Positions 28,741-43,038 of a stretch of DNA of 64,000 bases are shown piece by piece. A program made the translations under genes and the position numbers. The notes beneath the pieces are model-generated. The model did not search any database. It was not told where the DNA came from and worked only from the letters and a program-made list of their open reading frames with translations. The first letter of the stretch is position 1, and every line of letters starts with the position of its first letter. The DNA comes from Octopus vulgaris. Taxonomy: Eukaryota. The stretch covers positions 83,576,001-83,640,000 of the forward strand of contig OX597819.1 in NCBI GenBank assembly GCA_951406725.2, given 5' to 3'.

Positions 28741-29496
28741 GCTAATTAGGGTGTGTATGTGTGTGTGAGTGTATACATATATATGTAGATAGATAGATAG
28801 ATAGATAGACTGAGCGTAGCACCATACAGAGAAATAGAGAGTGATGAATAGATATCAAATAGTCAATATAGATAGATAGTGAAAAGAGAGTGATAGGGAA
28901 GATGACAGTTTATTTGAGCAATCAAGATACATAGAAGTTATAATTTGCTTCAGTGCTCTTTTGTATTAAGTGAATGCAGATTTTTCTACCCTTCTCCCTG
29001 ATAGAAATAGTGTTTTAAAAGTTCATAGATGTATATATTCACATCAACATTAAACATCATATTTACATATGTTAAATAAATATTAATATCTACAATCTCA
29101 GAGGAATTTCAGTGGCCTGTTATTCATCCATTTACATACATCTATTGAAATAAGAACAAATACATACTATGACACATATTGCAACTAACTTTTAGAATGA
29201 TTTTCTAAGAAAGTTCATGGTGGCTTTAATTCAAGTCCAAGTGCCATGTGGATTCCACCTCCAGAAACTCGTCTTAAATTAATCTGTTTTAAATGTTTTC
29301 ATTGTGGCTCAAAAACAACTTTGCCTGGATTCATACCAGTTTGAGAAAGAATATTTGTAATTATTTAAATAGTGAACTATTAAGAGACTACATAGATGTT
29401 TGCTAAGAAATACTGACAGCAATAATCTGAGGTAGATTAGTATTTTAGTTTCCTTTTACCTAACATAACGGTATCGTCCAATGTGTGTGAATTTCA

Positions 29497-29529
<33 letters not shown>

Positions 29530-29698
29530 TATATTGGAGCCCATCCATGGAGTTATAATATAGAATTGTGATAAATCATACCCTTGGACCCTACTAAAAG
29601 TGTACCAGGAGAGTTCTTCACTAATCTTATATTGTTAGCTTGGTGTGCCAACAGAGAGCTTATGAAGTATTTTGCCCAGATTGATAATCCCTCGCTAT

Positions 29699-29749
<51 letters not shown>

Positions 29750-29909
29750 TGTGTGTGTGTATAAAATCTTCACTTTAGTGGTGTTATTTTGACATAACAT
29801 ATGAATTATGTATATCTGTTCTGTCTTAATATGCAGATATTGCCAGATACTACTATATATATATATATGTGTGTGTGAGTGTGTGTGCATATATCTATCT
29901 ATCTATCTA

Positions 29910-29961
<52 letters not shown>

Positions 29962-31779
29962 CACATTCAAATTCAGAGAGCTCTTGCCACTGTTGTCAAC
30001 AAAGGACTTCTCCCTCAGTGTGAAAGGAATATTGTGTGTGAAGTGAAGTGAAGTGATGCTACAAGGTAGAGAACATTGGCCTTGAATGCAGAGGATCTTT
30101 GAATACTAGAAAGAAATGAACAAGCATATTCCACTGAGTATAAAATATTAGTGAGCATGAATGATAGAGTACAAATGAAATTTAAGAAATCAAATGGAGG
30201 AAAGCAGCTTTATAAAGATGTGCTGCATGCTCAGAGTGAATGAATCCTGTGGAATAAGGGAGACCAAGAAAGACTTAGAAGAAGTGATGAAAACTGATTT
30301 AAAGATGTTGCATTTCATGAAGGAAGTGTCAGAAATATTATGTCAATGATATACAACTCTTGTACCTCAATCACTTCTCTCTGCCATCATGCTCTTGCTT
30401 CCTTCACCCATTCAAACTGGTTTTTCTTATGATTACCATTGAATGTGGTAGGTAGAAACTGTAAGAAGCCTGTCGTGTGTGTGTGTGCATGCACGCACAT
30501 GCATGTGTGTGTGTACATGTCAATGTTTGTGGTTGTTTCTCACTGCCTGATAATCAGTGTTGCTTTGAGTAACTGGACCCTTTAAGGTGGTGTTCCAGCA
30601 TGGCTGCAGTCTACTGACTAAAACCACTGTGTGCATGTGTGTGTGTGTATTGTCAGGTTGCTTAAGGGCACCCAGTATTGGTAGTGTAACCCAATACAAC
30701 CTGCACTTGGTTGGGCCAACCTCACAAAATTTGCTTGATGAAGAGGTGGATTTGGGACATCCTGCAGGTGACAACATACCATGATGCTGGGCTAGAATCC
30801 ATGTTGAAGAGAAAACATCTAGAAGGATGTTTTGTGGCATTATGGTCATGACACACACCATATTAGAAGGTACTGCAAACTCTGGAGATTCATTGTCACT
30901 TTAACAATTTCCTGTATCCTCATACAAATTTAATTGTCTTAAATTTATCTTGCTACTGAGTATATTGTGAGAAAAAAAGAGTGTGCGTCTGGTGTGCACA
31001 CAGCTCTTTCTCACTTTAAACATCCTTGCACTGGTCTAGCATCTGTGTCTAATGCATAAGTTTACATGAATCATAATTGACAGAACTCCAACTAAGAATC
31101 AGATAGTCTTGTGGTTTACATCTGTAAAAAAAATATCACTTCTTACATAGTTTAGGCATATGGAAGGTAAAGCATAGGCAGGAACAGTAGCAGTTTTCTT
31201 TCCCCAACATTACTGTGTCCCTTGTTGAAGTGCTACACAGTCAGAATTTTCATTTATTACTGATGGCCAAAGCTTCTTGGAGCCATAGACAGAGGATCTC
31301 TCATTGAGACAGTAGTAGTATTGCAAATTTGGAACTATGTATTACTGCCAGTTGCATAGCTTCAGGTTCATGGAAGGTGTAGTACAGGTGGGGACAGCTA
31401 TAATCTTCTGCCCTTACATCATGTCATTGCATCTCCTGATGAAGTGCTGGGTAGTCAATCATAGTCTTTATTGATGATTGAAACTTTTTCAAACCACAAC
31501 TAGCCATCCTTTCATGTATGCAATGGAGGTATATGTTTGCTACAATGAAATGCTACTACTTCCATAGCTTCAGGTGCACAGGATGTCCATATTGGCTGGA
31601 GTAGTGATTCCCTGCTCCCCTGTTGAGATACCATATGGTTTAAATCATTGTCTTCTTTGGTCACCAGTGGATGAACATGATCATTTTAGACATCTTTTGT
31701 TTTCTTCTTTATTTCTTACTTGCCAATGTTTGTTGATATAAAAGCATAGCTATTGCACATGTTTCTTCAAGTATTGCTA

Positions 31780-32680
31780 ATATACTCCTTCTTCAAGACC
31801 ATACAGTACATTTCTGATTCCAAAATCATTATGGATTTGGGTGCAAATGATAACCTTCTTTGTAACATTGCCAAGAATTCAGGAACTGAATAAGTTCTTA
31901 AATGATACCAAATGATTGTCTGAGATAAATACACAATGACTCACAAAAGAGTTCTAGATGATGTGTTCAACTGGGTGGAGTGGCAGTAACATTGTCAGAT
32001 AACTTTCATCAAACTCTGCCAGTAATTCCAACAAAAGCAATGAAATCTAAGTTTACCTTTAAATTGACATCACTTTGGATCAAAGTTAAAATTATCAAAC
32101 TATCTACAAACATGAGACTCGTCTTTTTAATGCCAAAAATTTATTACAAGTTGGAGAGAGGAGATTTATTTTTGTATAGTACTCATGCCATAAATTTAGC
32201 GCCCATAATTGTATTGATTCAGGCAATTGATCAATTGACATCGAAGGTATTCCTCAACTTGCAACATCATTCATTAGCTAACCTATGAGTGATTGTGCAA
32301 AAAAAAAAAACTGCTTGAATTAACAGTATTAACTGGGAGCTGTTGCAGGTACATCTAGGAAACAGCCATAGCTATTATCCTGTGAAATTTTTCAATTCAT
32401 TGGGACCTTTAGGTTTTTGCCGTCACACTCATTTCAGCTCAAAAGAGAATCTCCAATGACACTACTGCCTAATTTATATCAGCTCTATGCAGTGCACAAG
32501 ACTAGTGGTTAAGAAAATGGTTAATGCTACATGCCATTGGCAAATCATTTCTCATTGAGTGCATCAAAGGAGAGGGTGCGATTATTCCCAGAAATTTCAT
32601 TTATACCAACAGATCTGCCTTTCAGTTTAGAAGATTTCAGCTTCTAGAACATCTAAACTGCTATGTTAATCAATAAATCT
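31780..32680 (+). pseudogene. Helitron PIF1-type helicase relic
   Basis: TLSDNFHQTLPVIP..LW..KLSTNMR (cf. GDFRQTLPV, LxTNMR); FIPTDLPF. Confidence 0.7.
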
Positions 32681-34564
32681 CTGATGCTAAACTGCTTCTT
32701 GAAGAATACTGCATTGTTTTATTTAGGATACTTTTGAGGAATACTGCCAACTTTATGTGTAATGTTCAATAACTGGAAGCCCCATAATCTTTTTATTTAT
32801 GCTTCTGTTGGTAAAATCAAAAATATCATATTGTGAGGTGTTGACATGACAATGTTGAGAAGTGCCAGGGCTATGAAGGGTACACATTTATCATATAAGC
32901 TGAGACTCATCACAGTTATTGATGCCATTTCTTTATCATTGCATGTATTGCAGTCCCACAATTTAGATGTGTGGGTCTGCTCTGAGTGTACCTGTTGTTC
33001 CATGGATGCTTTAGCTCCCAACACTCTAGGTTTTTGCTCATTTTTCAAATGATTTTAAGAATTTAACATTAAGAATAAAAGATAATATATTATGTTTAAT
33101 AATAATTTCAAATGAAATAAAATTGTTTTCAAATTTAGTTAATTCTGTGTTCTTATCTAATATGTTTGATTTAGATGTATGTCAAATACATAACTGAACT
33201 ATAAAATATATCAGACACTGGACTGTTACAAACATAATGGAAAACAGATTAATTTCTTGTTTGAAAGATAACTTTCCTAGAGAAATGCCATGGTTTTCTA
33301 TTCGACTGAATATACCATCATTAAGAACAATCCTGGGCCACTATCAGTTACTTTCCAGCCTGAGCAACACTGGATATTTTGTTATATAAGAATTTTTTTA
33401 AATGTATAAACTATTTAAAAGTCAATGATGGATGGGTAAGTAAAACATGAAAATAAAATAGATATGTTGTCTTTCCCCATTTAAAACCAAATCTAATAAT
33501 CTTTAACATTTTTCCATATTTGCTTTTCTGATAGTCTTGAAATGTTTTGCCTGAGAGCTATTTCTTACAATTTGTTTTTTAATCATTTTCACTTGTTTGC
33601 CTTTGTATGCTTGTTTCTTTTATATCTCATTTTGTGTCATTAAATGGTAATTGAAATGTATAATCTGATTATTGTTATGTCTTCTTAATTTTCTTTCAAA
33701 GCTGATTTTTTTAAACTTTGTAATATAATAATAACTAAAATGAGTTTTCTGAACTGTTGTAAAAGTATTTCTAGCATTGCTCAGTAGATGAAGTTAGTTT
33801 TGGAGTAACTTATGTCTTGGTTTCCTATTGTCACCAGAACATTTGATAATCTGAGAGATATAAGTAGTTGCTCCAGTTGATCAATATAACAACTATATGT
33901 CTCTAAGTAGCTATAAAAGATACTTTTAAGAACGTTGTTGTTATGTAGCTCCACGTCAGCTCTGATCCAGCAGCTCTATGGTATGCAGGTAATCAACCAA
34001 ATGACAGGACAATCCCAAAGCTGTCCTTCTAGTTATATTATGCCCTCCTATCTAGCTAAAGACCATACAGTAAGGAATTATATAAGCTGCCCTGTGACAG
34101 TCAAGGCATGTAACTACTCCATTGTCCAGCCTGGTTTTGTATGCCTCCAGATTCAGACATTAGTGACAGTTAAGGCAGGCATTGTAGGCTTGGTCAGAGC
34201 ATGACAGCTGTTGTTTCTTTGCACTTATTGTTGGTGGCATGTAGTGCAGCAATGATTACAGTTAGTGATACTGCAAGCATTTATATATATATATATATAT
34301 ATATATATGCTATTTTTATGTTTGACTGAGCTAAGTGGTAAAGATAAGGATTTTATGATACTGTTCTAGCTGCTTTGTAATTGCAGGTCAATTCTAATCC
34401 AGGAGACCTGTTATCAAAAACTTTCTGGCTGTGACCATCCCATTTTTTCTGAAGACCACTTTATACTGGGTGCCTTTCTTTTTTAAGGTAGTGGGCTGTG
34501 ATTTAAAGGAGATATGTCTATATTTCTTCCTGGTCAAACCACTTTGTAAAGACTCCGTCATTGG

Positions 34565-35069
34565 CTCATTACTGTTCTTCTAATGCTTTGCCATGCTGTA
34601 TATGTGACTGGTTGCTTTGAGTTAATTTTTTATGTAGTGGCAAGGATCTGTATGGGTAACAAATTGTGCCGTTCACATATCTAGGTGGTACTTCATTTTT
34701 AGTATTTTGGGGTTCATTTTGAGTGTGATCTCTGTACAACTTTTTATAATGTGTAATGTATTGGTGGTATATTTTGTAGTTTATGATGTAGAGATTGGCA
34801 GCCAATGTAGGGTTAGCCTAATTTGTAATGAATTTAATCGATTGTTTAAATATCTGCATTGCTGTTTGTTTCTATTAATGTTGTGCCTGTGAGTGTTCTA
34901 AGTATGTTTGTGCATAATTTTGCTTTCTTTACTATCTCTTCTGTGCATGTTGTGAATCTTCTGGAAGTATTCTATGTAACTCCTTGTATTATTGTCCTGT
35001 GTATGTGTTGTATGTTTATGTTGTTGGGTATGAGGGCTTGTTACATTTGATGTACTTTGGTATTGCTGC

Positions 35070-35115
<46 letters not shown>

Positions 35116-35800
35116 ATGCATTTAGTTGGTATTACTTTAAGTTTGAATTTATGTATCAAGGTTATAGCTGGAGGGTCGAAGTAGTTGTATAGTTGTGGCT
35201 GGAGAATATTGGAGGACATGAATGTGATGTTATCTGCATATGTGGTTGTGCACATGATTAAAAAAAAATAAGGGCAAGTTGTGTAGCATAAACTTTGGGC
35301 TTTATTTTAACTTTGTAAGAGTAGTTTTGCTTTTTATATTGGTATGTAGCTGTGATTGATAATGAGTAGGAAGTCAGAAATGAGTTAGGGAATTGTTAGA
35401 TAGCAAGGTTTGTGGAGCAGAAGGTGACACCTAGAGAGTTGTTGTAGTTAGCTTAGTGAGATTATATGTGCTTGTGTCAGTTTAGGTTGTTTAGGATTTA
35501 AGAAGAGTTTTGTATGAACACTATTGTCACCTCATGTATTACTTGTATTATTTGAAAACCAAGTTTTGTGGAGTACATTGATGTCTTCTTCAGTTATGTT
35601 AAAGTCTTGCAGTTAGAATACGTAATCTGGTGGGAAGGTTGGTGAGGTTGGTAGTGGTATATGTGTTTATTATATTAATGTACTTCATACTATGAAGCCT
35701 TAGCTGTGCTGATATGTACATCAGAATATAATTAGAAATTTGAGGTATCCTACATTGTATATGTTAATATTTTTTGAACTAACAATAATAGTTTCATAAT
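34565..35800 (-). pseudogene. Degraded non-LTR RT relic
   Basis: TTYADNIT motif near 35230 and strand-skewed composition. Confidence 0.45.
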
Positions 35801-37104
35801 ACTTGTAGTTATTACTTTTTTAGTTTGGTATTTTAAACTTTTTCCGTATTGTTTACAAAGTTTAACTCTGTGAGTTATGACATTTTTTTAATGTATTCCT
35901 GTCCTGGATCCCATTGCACAGCACTTTAGACAAGCATTCTTACACTATAGCCCTGGGCCCATCAATGCTTTGTGGTAGATGGAAACTGTAGGAAACTCAT
36001 AATATATGTGTCTGTGTGTGTGTATATATGTTGATATTCCATGCTTGCTACTGTTTGAATGAAGCAGTGTTGATGTATACATTCATTGATGATATTACAT
36101 TTGATCTGTCTGTGCTTTCAAAGACCTGTGAAATAAACAATTTCTTAGTTGAAAAACAGGTATGATATGGTAACAGGAAGAGCTTCTGGTCATAAAATTT
36201 TGCTTCAAATAAATCCACATCTAATCCATACTAGCAAGAAATAAGCAGGTGTTAAATTAATGAATGAATTTTGTGGCGTCAAAATAGGAGAAAATGACAG
36301 TATATAGTATTTTTGTTGTTGTTAACATTGTGCATTTATGTAGAAGTTTTGTAAATAGTGTTGTTTGTATTTGTATGAATATTTTTTTTGAAAACATTGC
36401 TTTAGAAAATTTTATGGTTTGTTTCATGTTTAGTTTTGTGTTCTGATGATGTCTACTCATGTTTTTGCAGGTGTTTCTGTGTAACAAACATACATCATTT
36501 GACCAGCATTTAAGTCATAGCCATCCCCTTTTAAGATGGTTGTGTAAAACAAATGGGATTTGACAGTTAATTAAAGCAGGTTGAATGACCACATAGGCGC
36601 CCTTTTGAAATCGGCAATCAGAAAGCAGTGTTTAATAATACTCCAATTACTGTTTATTCCCATTCAAAAGAGTGACTCTTTCATCTTTCTGCAGTAAATA
36701 AAAATCCCAGTATCAAATAAGATAATTAATTCAATTTGAAAGATAAACTTGCATTTCTAACTCAAAAGAAATCAAGTCATTAAATTTGGCATGTATCTAA
36801 AAGCTGTATGTCTGGATCTCTTCAGTTCCTTAATCATATTTTTTTTTTCATTTAGTTTTATTATACTAAATTATACACTGCTTCTTTTCCATGCAGCCTT
36901 ATACAGAAAATAACTGTTGGTTTGGATAAAAATGGCACGCAGTTCTAGATTTCTGCACTTACAAAACTCCTTCAATTCCTCATAATGAAATAAGTCAACT
37001 TGCCATAGACAACTTAATTATAACTAAAACGCAACAGTAGTATATTAATTATTTCACATTTATTACCAAGTTTATGACTTGGAATAATTTTTATTTTTTA
37101 TCAG

Positions 37105-37205
37105 GGTGATTTAATACTTCACAGTGACTATTTGATTGAGGCCCTTACCAAAATTGCTGTAGCTACTAGCAAGTCTAACCTTGTGACAGTTGCCGAAGGA
37201 AATAG
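37105..37205 (+). CDS. MYO1C: Myosin I TH1 exon
   Basis: tttttatcAG|...|GTaaga; 101 nt, phase 0-2; GDLILHSDYLIEALTKIAVATSKSNLVTVAEGN resembles GDVVLQSDHVIETLTK. Confidence 0.94.
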
Positions 37206-38045
37206 GTAAGATATATTTTGCAATATTTAGAATGTCATAAAGTAATGGCAAGCTCTCAGTGAGCTGAGACTACAATACAGGTTTGATTTCTGCTTGAACT
37301 ATCTCATTTCATCATTCTTATTGTCATCCAAAGAAATTACAGATGCATTTGAGGTTCCTTTCAACAAGAAACCCGCATTACAGATCCTCTGTAATGAGTA
37401 CTGCTAAAAGGATCTTAAGCTGTGAACTGTTCCTTTCTCATATCTGTAAATGGGAAAGTGTGCTCAACATACTAATATATTCAGGCACAGTCCCAGGAAT
37501 TTTTTTAAGGGAATACAATTCCAGAAGAAAAAGGCATAATAACATTATTTAGAAGGACGACTTCTTTTCATGAGGGGTGCATGTGCCCATTAGGCCCACC
37601 CTACCACTGGGTCCGCCCCTGTTATTATAGCCCACAATAATATCTTTTTTTGTTAATTTTGAGTATCTCAACCATTATATTACCATCAACATCTCTGCTC
37701 CCATAAAATGAAGCCTCAAAACCTGAATGCTCTCAGCACACCAAGCCACCAATTCTTGCAGTGACTTTTCTTACTTACTATGACTCAAACCTACTCTGAT
37801 GCCAACTACAAATTGATGACAGAGGTAGAGCTGTGAACACAGACCTAGTAATTATGAGTGAAAGGAAATAAAATAGAAAACTCAGCAGCTATCTTTATAG
37901 TGCTTATGATTTGAGAAGTGTTCAATCTGATAGATTATTTGGTTGGCATTTCTCAAAATTTTTGAATTATATTAAAACAATTCTTTTTTCTGTTTCCTTT
38001 CAGTTAGAATTATCATATTTGATTTGCTTTTTCTTTTTTCTATAG

Positions 38046-38145
38046 TATTACGCATGATGTATCAAGTGGTAAACAAGGAAACATTCAGTTCTCCAAAGGG
38101 GCTGTATATTCTGTAAAGAAAAACAAAGCAGGAGGCCTTGTTGTT
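38046..38145 (+). CDS. MYO1C: Myosin I C-terminal exon
   Basis: ttttctatAG|...|GTaagt; 100 nt, phase 2-0; (S)ITHDVSSGKQGNIQFSKGAVYSVKKNKAGGLVV resembles SITFAGGPGRDGTIDFTPG...KAKNGHLAV. Confidence 0.92.
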
Positions 38146-38371
38146 GTAAGTTCTAGTTTACATAATTTAATATTAATGAACTATTTCATTTCATTTCATT
38201 ATCAGCTGTTTGATTTTTTTAGTTTATTTTTATTAGGGTAACTAATTAGGTTATTTTGTTTTTTGTTTGTTTTTGTTAGAGTAATCTGAATTATATTTTG
38301 ATATGCTCTTAGTCAATTAATTAAAAATTGAACTGTTATCTGAAGTTTGTATCCAGTATTACTATATTTCA

Positions 38372-38582
38372 AGGTAGTAAGCTGGTAGAACCATTAGCAC
38401 ATCAAGCAAAATGCTTATGGCATTTCTTCCAACTCTTTACATTCTGAGTTCAAATCCTACTGTTGTCAGCTTTTATTTTTAGCCTTTCAGAGTCAATAAA
38501 ATAAAGTACCAGTCAAGTACTAGGGTCAATGTAATCAAATTACTCTTCTCAAAACTGTTGGTCTTGTGCCAAAATTAGAGAG
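38372..38582 (+). mobile_element. SINE family B
   Basis: Family match. Confidence 0.75.
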
Positions 38583-38624
38583 AATATTACTTTATTTCTC
38601 CTGGATCAGCATCATAACATACAT

Positions 38625-39292
38625 GGATCTATTCCATCTCAATCACAGATTTTTTAATTAATTTTTTTTTTAACTAAACAGTTTGAAACTTCGAATACTG
38701 GTAGAATTTCTCACATAGAACATGGTTTACTCTGAATGTTTTTGACAAATTTCGTATTTTAGAAGTTATTTCATGTTAAAGTTGTTGCATTTGGATAATT
38801 TCAACCAATCAACAATGTGTATTCGGTTGAAGAAAGCTACTGCTGTTTGCGATAGTAATCAAAGAAAAACAACTTCCAGGTCATCTCTACTAAATGTCAC
38901 CACTCTGTTCTATTCTTATGGTGAACAAACCACCTTTATTCTTTCTTCCATTCTAGTCAGCACTGTACATTCCTTACTCTTTCCCTCCCTTCTACACTAT
39001 CAACTAGCAACCAGCGAGTGAACTTGTCACTGCCACTACAATTACTGTATTTTCCAGTGTATAACCCGCTATTTGTTCTGTTTTACTTTCATGTTTTGAT
39101 GTTATTTTTTATCTAATAAAGACTTTTATATTGACGAAATGTGTTTATTGTTGATTATGGTAAGATAAAATCACAACAATAACAATACATCTCGTGTTCT
39201 ACATGAGAAATTGTACCAGTATTCAAAGTTTCAAACTGTTTAGTTAAAAAAAAATTAATTAAAAAAATCTGTGATTGAGATGGAATAGATCC
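38625..39292. mobile_element. GGATC-ended MITE with ~100-bp TIRs
   Basis: GGATCTATTCCATCTCAATCACAGATTTT and its reverse complement at the right end. Confidence 0.85.
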
Positions 39293-40063
39293 AACTTGTG
39301 TTGGATAGGTCCTCTTAATAAATATTCACTTATCACTATGGATTCACTGCCTTTCAGTATCTCACTTCTGGGATCAGTTTAGTGTTACATTTATTTTAGC
39401 ATCACAAGAATGCTTTTATTCATGTTTGTTTTTCTTTCCAGCCACACAGTTATTGTTTCACTAATTCTTGTTCTGCATCAAAAACATCTTGCACAATTTA
39501 ATTCTCTCTAGTACCAACTTAAGGCATAGACACACTGGGTAGTTGTCTGAGGACTCCATGCATCATAGGACTCAAAGCTAATTTATATTTGCTGTGGTTA
39601 TTCATATAGGTGTCCACAGTTCATTGCTTTACTCAGGGACCTATAATGCTGTTTAAAAGACCTAGGCTCTTTCCTTTGTTTTTATCCTCAACGATTTCAT
39701 TGCTCACAACTCCTCGTGGCTCTTGCCCTCTTCCTACACCAACAATGCAGATAGAGACACCAGATCGAACTATCTACACATCAATTAGTTTCTTTGCCTA
39801 TCTGTATTGTTAATGACACTGACACACTGACTCCTCCAACACCCTTGACTTGTGTCTAACATCAGAACCTTTACATCACCTTCAACAGTCTTTGCTCTCA
39901 TCAGACCAAGTCTTAACACCTGATTTATCATATATTTACAGCATATTCATATATTCAGCAAACTTGTTATTTATGATTATATATGATAATACATTAATTT
40001 ATTATGTATTAACATGAACATGTGACTAATTCTTCTCACTAATGAATGAAGTAATAAAATTTT

Positions 40064-40230
40064 GTGCAGGCATAGTTGTATAGTAATAAGTTTGCTTTCC
40101 AACTACATGGCTCCAGGTTCAGTCCCACTGCATGACACCTTGGGCAAGTGTCTTCTATTATAGCCACAGGCTAGCCAAAGTCTTCTGAGTATATTTGGTA
40201 GGCAGAAACTGAAAGAAGCCCATTGAATAT
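40064..40230 (+). mobile_element. SINE family A, 5' part
   Basis: Family match. Confidence 0.7.
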
Positions 40231-40232
40231 AT

Positions 40233-41100
40233 ACACAGATATGACAGAAGTAAATAGACACCTTTACAACTGTTAAAATTTATTTAAATCTGAAATTATA
40301 CATTCAAATTATTTATTAATTGTTATAATGTGAATATTTAATATTTAGTAGACATGCCCTTTACATTTTCAATGCAAGGATCCTATTAGGCATGTTAATG
40401 ATCAGAATGACGAATATTCTCTTGAGGAATTTCTTGCCAAGTTTCATGCAGTAATCTCAAAAGATCTGGCTTTGAAGATGCTTTCTTGTTCTTTTTATGA
40501 AGTGTCCTGTCCATTATGCCCCAGAGGTGTTCAGTAGGGTTCACATATGGTAACTGGTTTGGCCAGAGAAGCTTATTAATGCCATTCTCATCCAACACAT
40601 CTTGGGTCATTCTAGCTGTGTTACATAAATAGTCTTCTTTAATCATTTTACCACTGGAGAAGATTGGAAGAAGTCCTTTCTACAATATGAACATATATTT
40701 ATCAGAGTTTATGTTTCCCTCACACTCCACTAGCTCTGAGTGACCATTGCTCCAAATTGCTCCCTAGAACATCACAGAATAGCTGTCATATTTCATTGTT
40801 GGCTGCAATCTTTTCACATGAAATTCTTGATCACAGAGTCTCCAGACCCACACTCAACCACTGGCAGAAAATACAGCAAATCTGGACTCATTGGAGAATA
40901 TGACAGTGTCCCAAAATGCTAGTGGCCTCTCCACCATCTTATTGGCCCAATATTTTCTCTACTTGATATTGGCTGGTCAAAGAAGTAGCTTCCTTCTTGC
41001 TGCTCTACTTGACAGCTGCCTTGGGGGAAAATGATTTGACGAAAATACTGCTAGGATCATGACAAATGTCCTCCTAAAATTTGAGCAACATGCATGCTAA
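40233..41100 (-). pseudogene. Tc1 transposase relic
   Basis: LLWPNQLPYVNPTEHLWGIMDR (cf. WPxQSPDLNPIEHLW). Confidence 0.75.
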
Positions 41101-41884
41101 TTTGTGGATGTGCATAAACTACATTCACGTACACACACACACACACACACACACATACACATACACACATCCTGCCTTATATATATACAGATATAAGTAC
41201 AATCTTTTGTGTTGGAAATGTTAATCCCTTGTAAAGTTGCTTGACTTGCCCAATATAGCAGTTAAATTTCTCTCAACAAAGTTTCTATCAGCTTTAAAAA
41301 TGGGAACTGTACAACAGGTTTTAAGATGTAAATTTTTGATCAAAAGGATCAACATTAGCAACCAGGTGATTATATGTAGAACACCAAAGTACTGATGACA
41401 CTTGATCCCAAACTAATCACAGAGCAGTTTAGATCTGAAAATATGGGGTGTTGTAAATGTGTTTTACTGTTAAAGAATTGATTAAGTCTTTGCTATTGAT
41501 CTGCTCAAACTAACCCAGTTAGAAGCTATGCAACAACAAATGTTTTGCATACAGTGAGAAATCATTCCTTGGTGTTTGTAATTAGTATTTAGAACTCTAT
41601 AAATTACAAGTGAATTCTACAAACTACCAATTATGTCAATCAGCTGTTGTATATTTTGTTTATTATATTTTTTATCTCTGTGAACAGCCATTATCATCAT
41701 TATCATTTGATAGTACTAAGTGAGCAGGAGAGTATTTGAAGGCAAAGTAGCTTTATGCAAAATGTTGAAAGGCTAAAATATAATTGAGGAACAGATTAGG
41801 TGTCTTGCTACAGAAGGGATACATGGCAACCACACATTATATAGGGGTGGTTAGGAGTAGTTAATTGTCAATCTATTGGTTACA

Positions 41885-42900
41885 ACGATGAAGGTCCCAG
41901 TTGATCTGATCAACAGAACAGCCTGCTCATGAAATAGACATGCAAGTGGCTCAGCATTCTAGAGATATGTGTACTCATAATGTAGTTCTGAGAGAGATTT
42001 ATCATGACACAGAATGTGACAAGGCTGGCCCTTTGGACTACAAATATAACTCACTTTTGCCAGCTGAGTGAATTAGAGCAATGTGAAATAAAGTGTTGTA
42101 TCTTTTCGGTTTTAACGGCAGTTTTTTAAAATAATTTCACGTAGGAGTGGCTGTGTGGTAAGTAGCTTGCTAACCAACCACATGGTTCCGGGTTCAGTCC
42201 CACTGCGTGGCATCTTGGGCAAGTGTCTTCTGCTATAGCCCCGGGCCGACCAATGCCTTGTGAGTGGATTTGGTAGACGGAAACTGAAAGAAGCCTGTCG
42301 TATATATGTATATATATATATGTGTTTGTGTGTCTGTGTTTGTCCCCCTAGCATTGCTTGACAACCGATGCTGGTGTGTTTATGTCCCCGTTACTTAGCG
42401 GTTCGGCAAAAAGAGACCGATAAAATAAGTACTGGGCTTACAAAAGAACAAGTCCTGGGGTCGAGTTGCTCGATTAAAGGCGGTGCTCCAGCATGGTCGC
42501 AGTCAAATGACTGAAACAAGTTTTCTCTTGGCTTTATTGAGAAAATTCTATAGTTTGTAAGATATTTGTTGTTTTTTCTTCAATTTCTGCAATTTCAACC
42601 AATCAATGACATCTATTGAGGTAAAAAAACATTCTGTGCTATATGAATATGTCCCTCGTTTAAGAAACAGATTGGGTTTATTTACATTTGTGAAGAAAAA
42701 AAAGATACCCTTCCCCCCACCCCTAACCCTAAAACAGATTGAAATGCAATAGATCGATACTAGGGTCATAATTATGGGTGACAATTTCATATGACACCGC
42801 TAGAAAAAAACTGCCGTTCAAACCGAAAAGATCCAAAGTATCTTGCTCAAGGACACAATGCACTACTGAGAATCATACTCACAACATTACAATCATGAGC
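41885..42900 (-). mobile_element. Nested stack: old SINE > GGATC MITE (42098-42834) > young family-A SINE (42143-42520)
   Basis: Host aataaagtg|tcttgctcaaggacac is split; imperfect 8-bp TSD AAAGTGTT / AAAGTATC. Confidence 0.8.
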
Positions 42901-43017
42901 CAAGAAGGAGATAAAGATGATAGTGGTGATATGCCAAAACAAACTCTCAAGGTATATGTTTATAAATTTCTGAAATTCAAATCTTCCATTCCAAGTAATC
43001 ATTCATTTTATTTCCAG

Positions 43018-43038
43018 GTTGCTCCACCATTACAGTGA
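43018..43038 (+). CDS. MYO1C: Myosin I last coding exon (VAPPLQ*)
   Basis: ttttatttccAG|GTT GCT CCA CCA TTA CAG TGA; matches the Myo1c ending VAPRL. Confidence 0.85.
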   Translation, partial: VAPPLQ

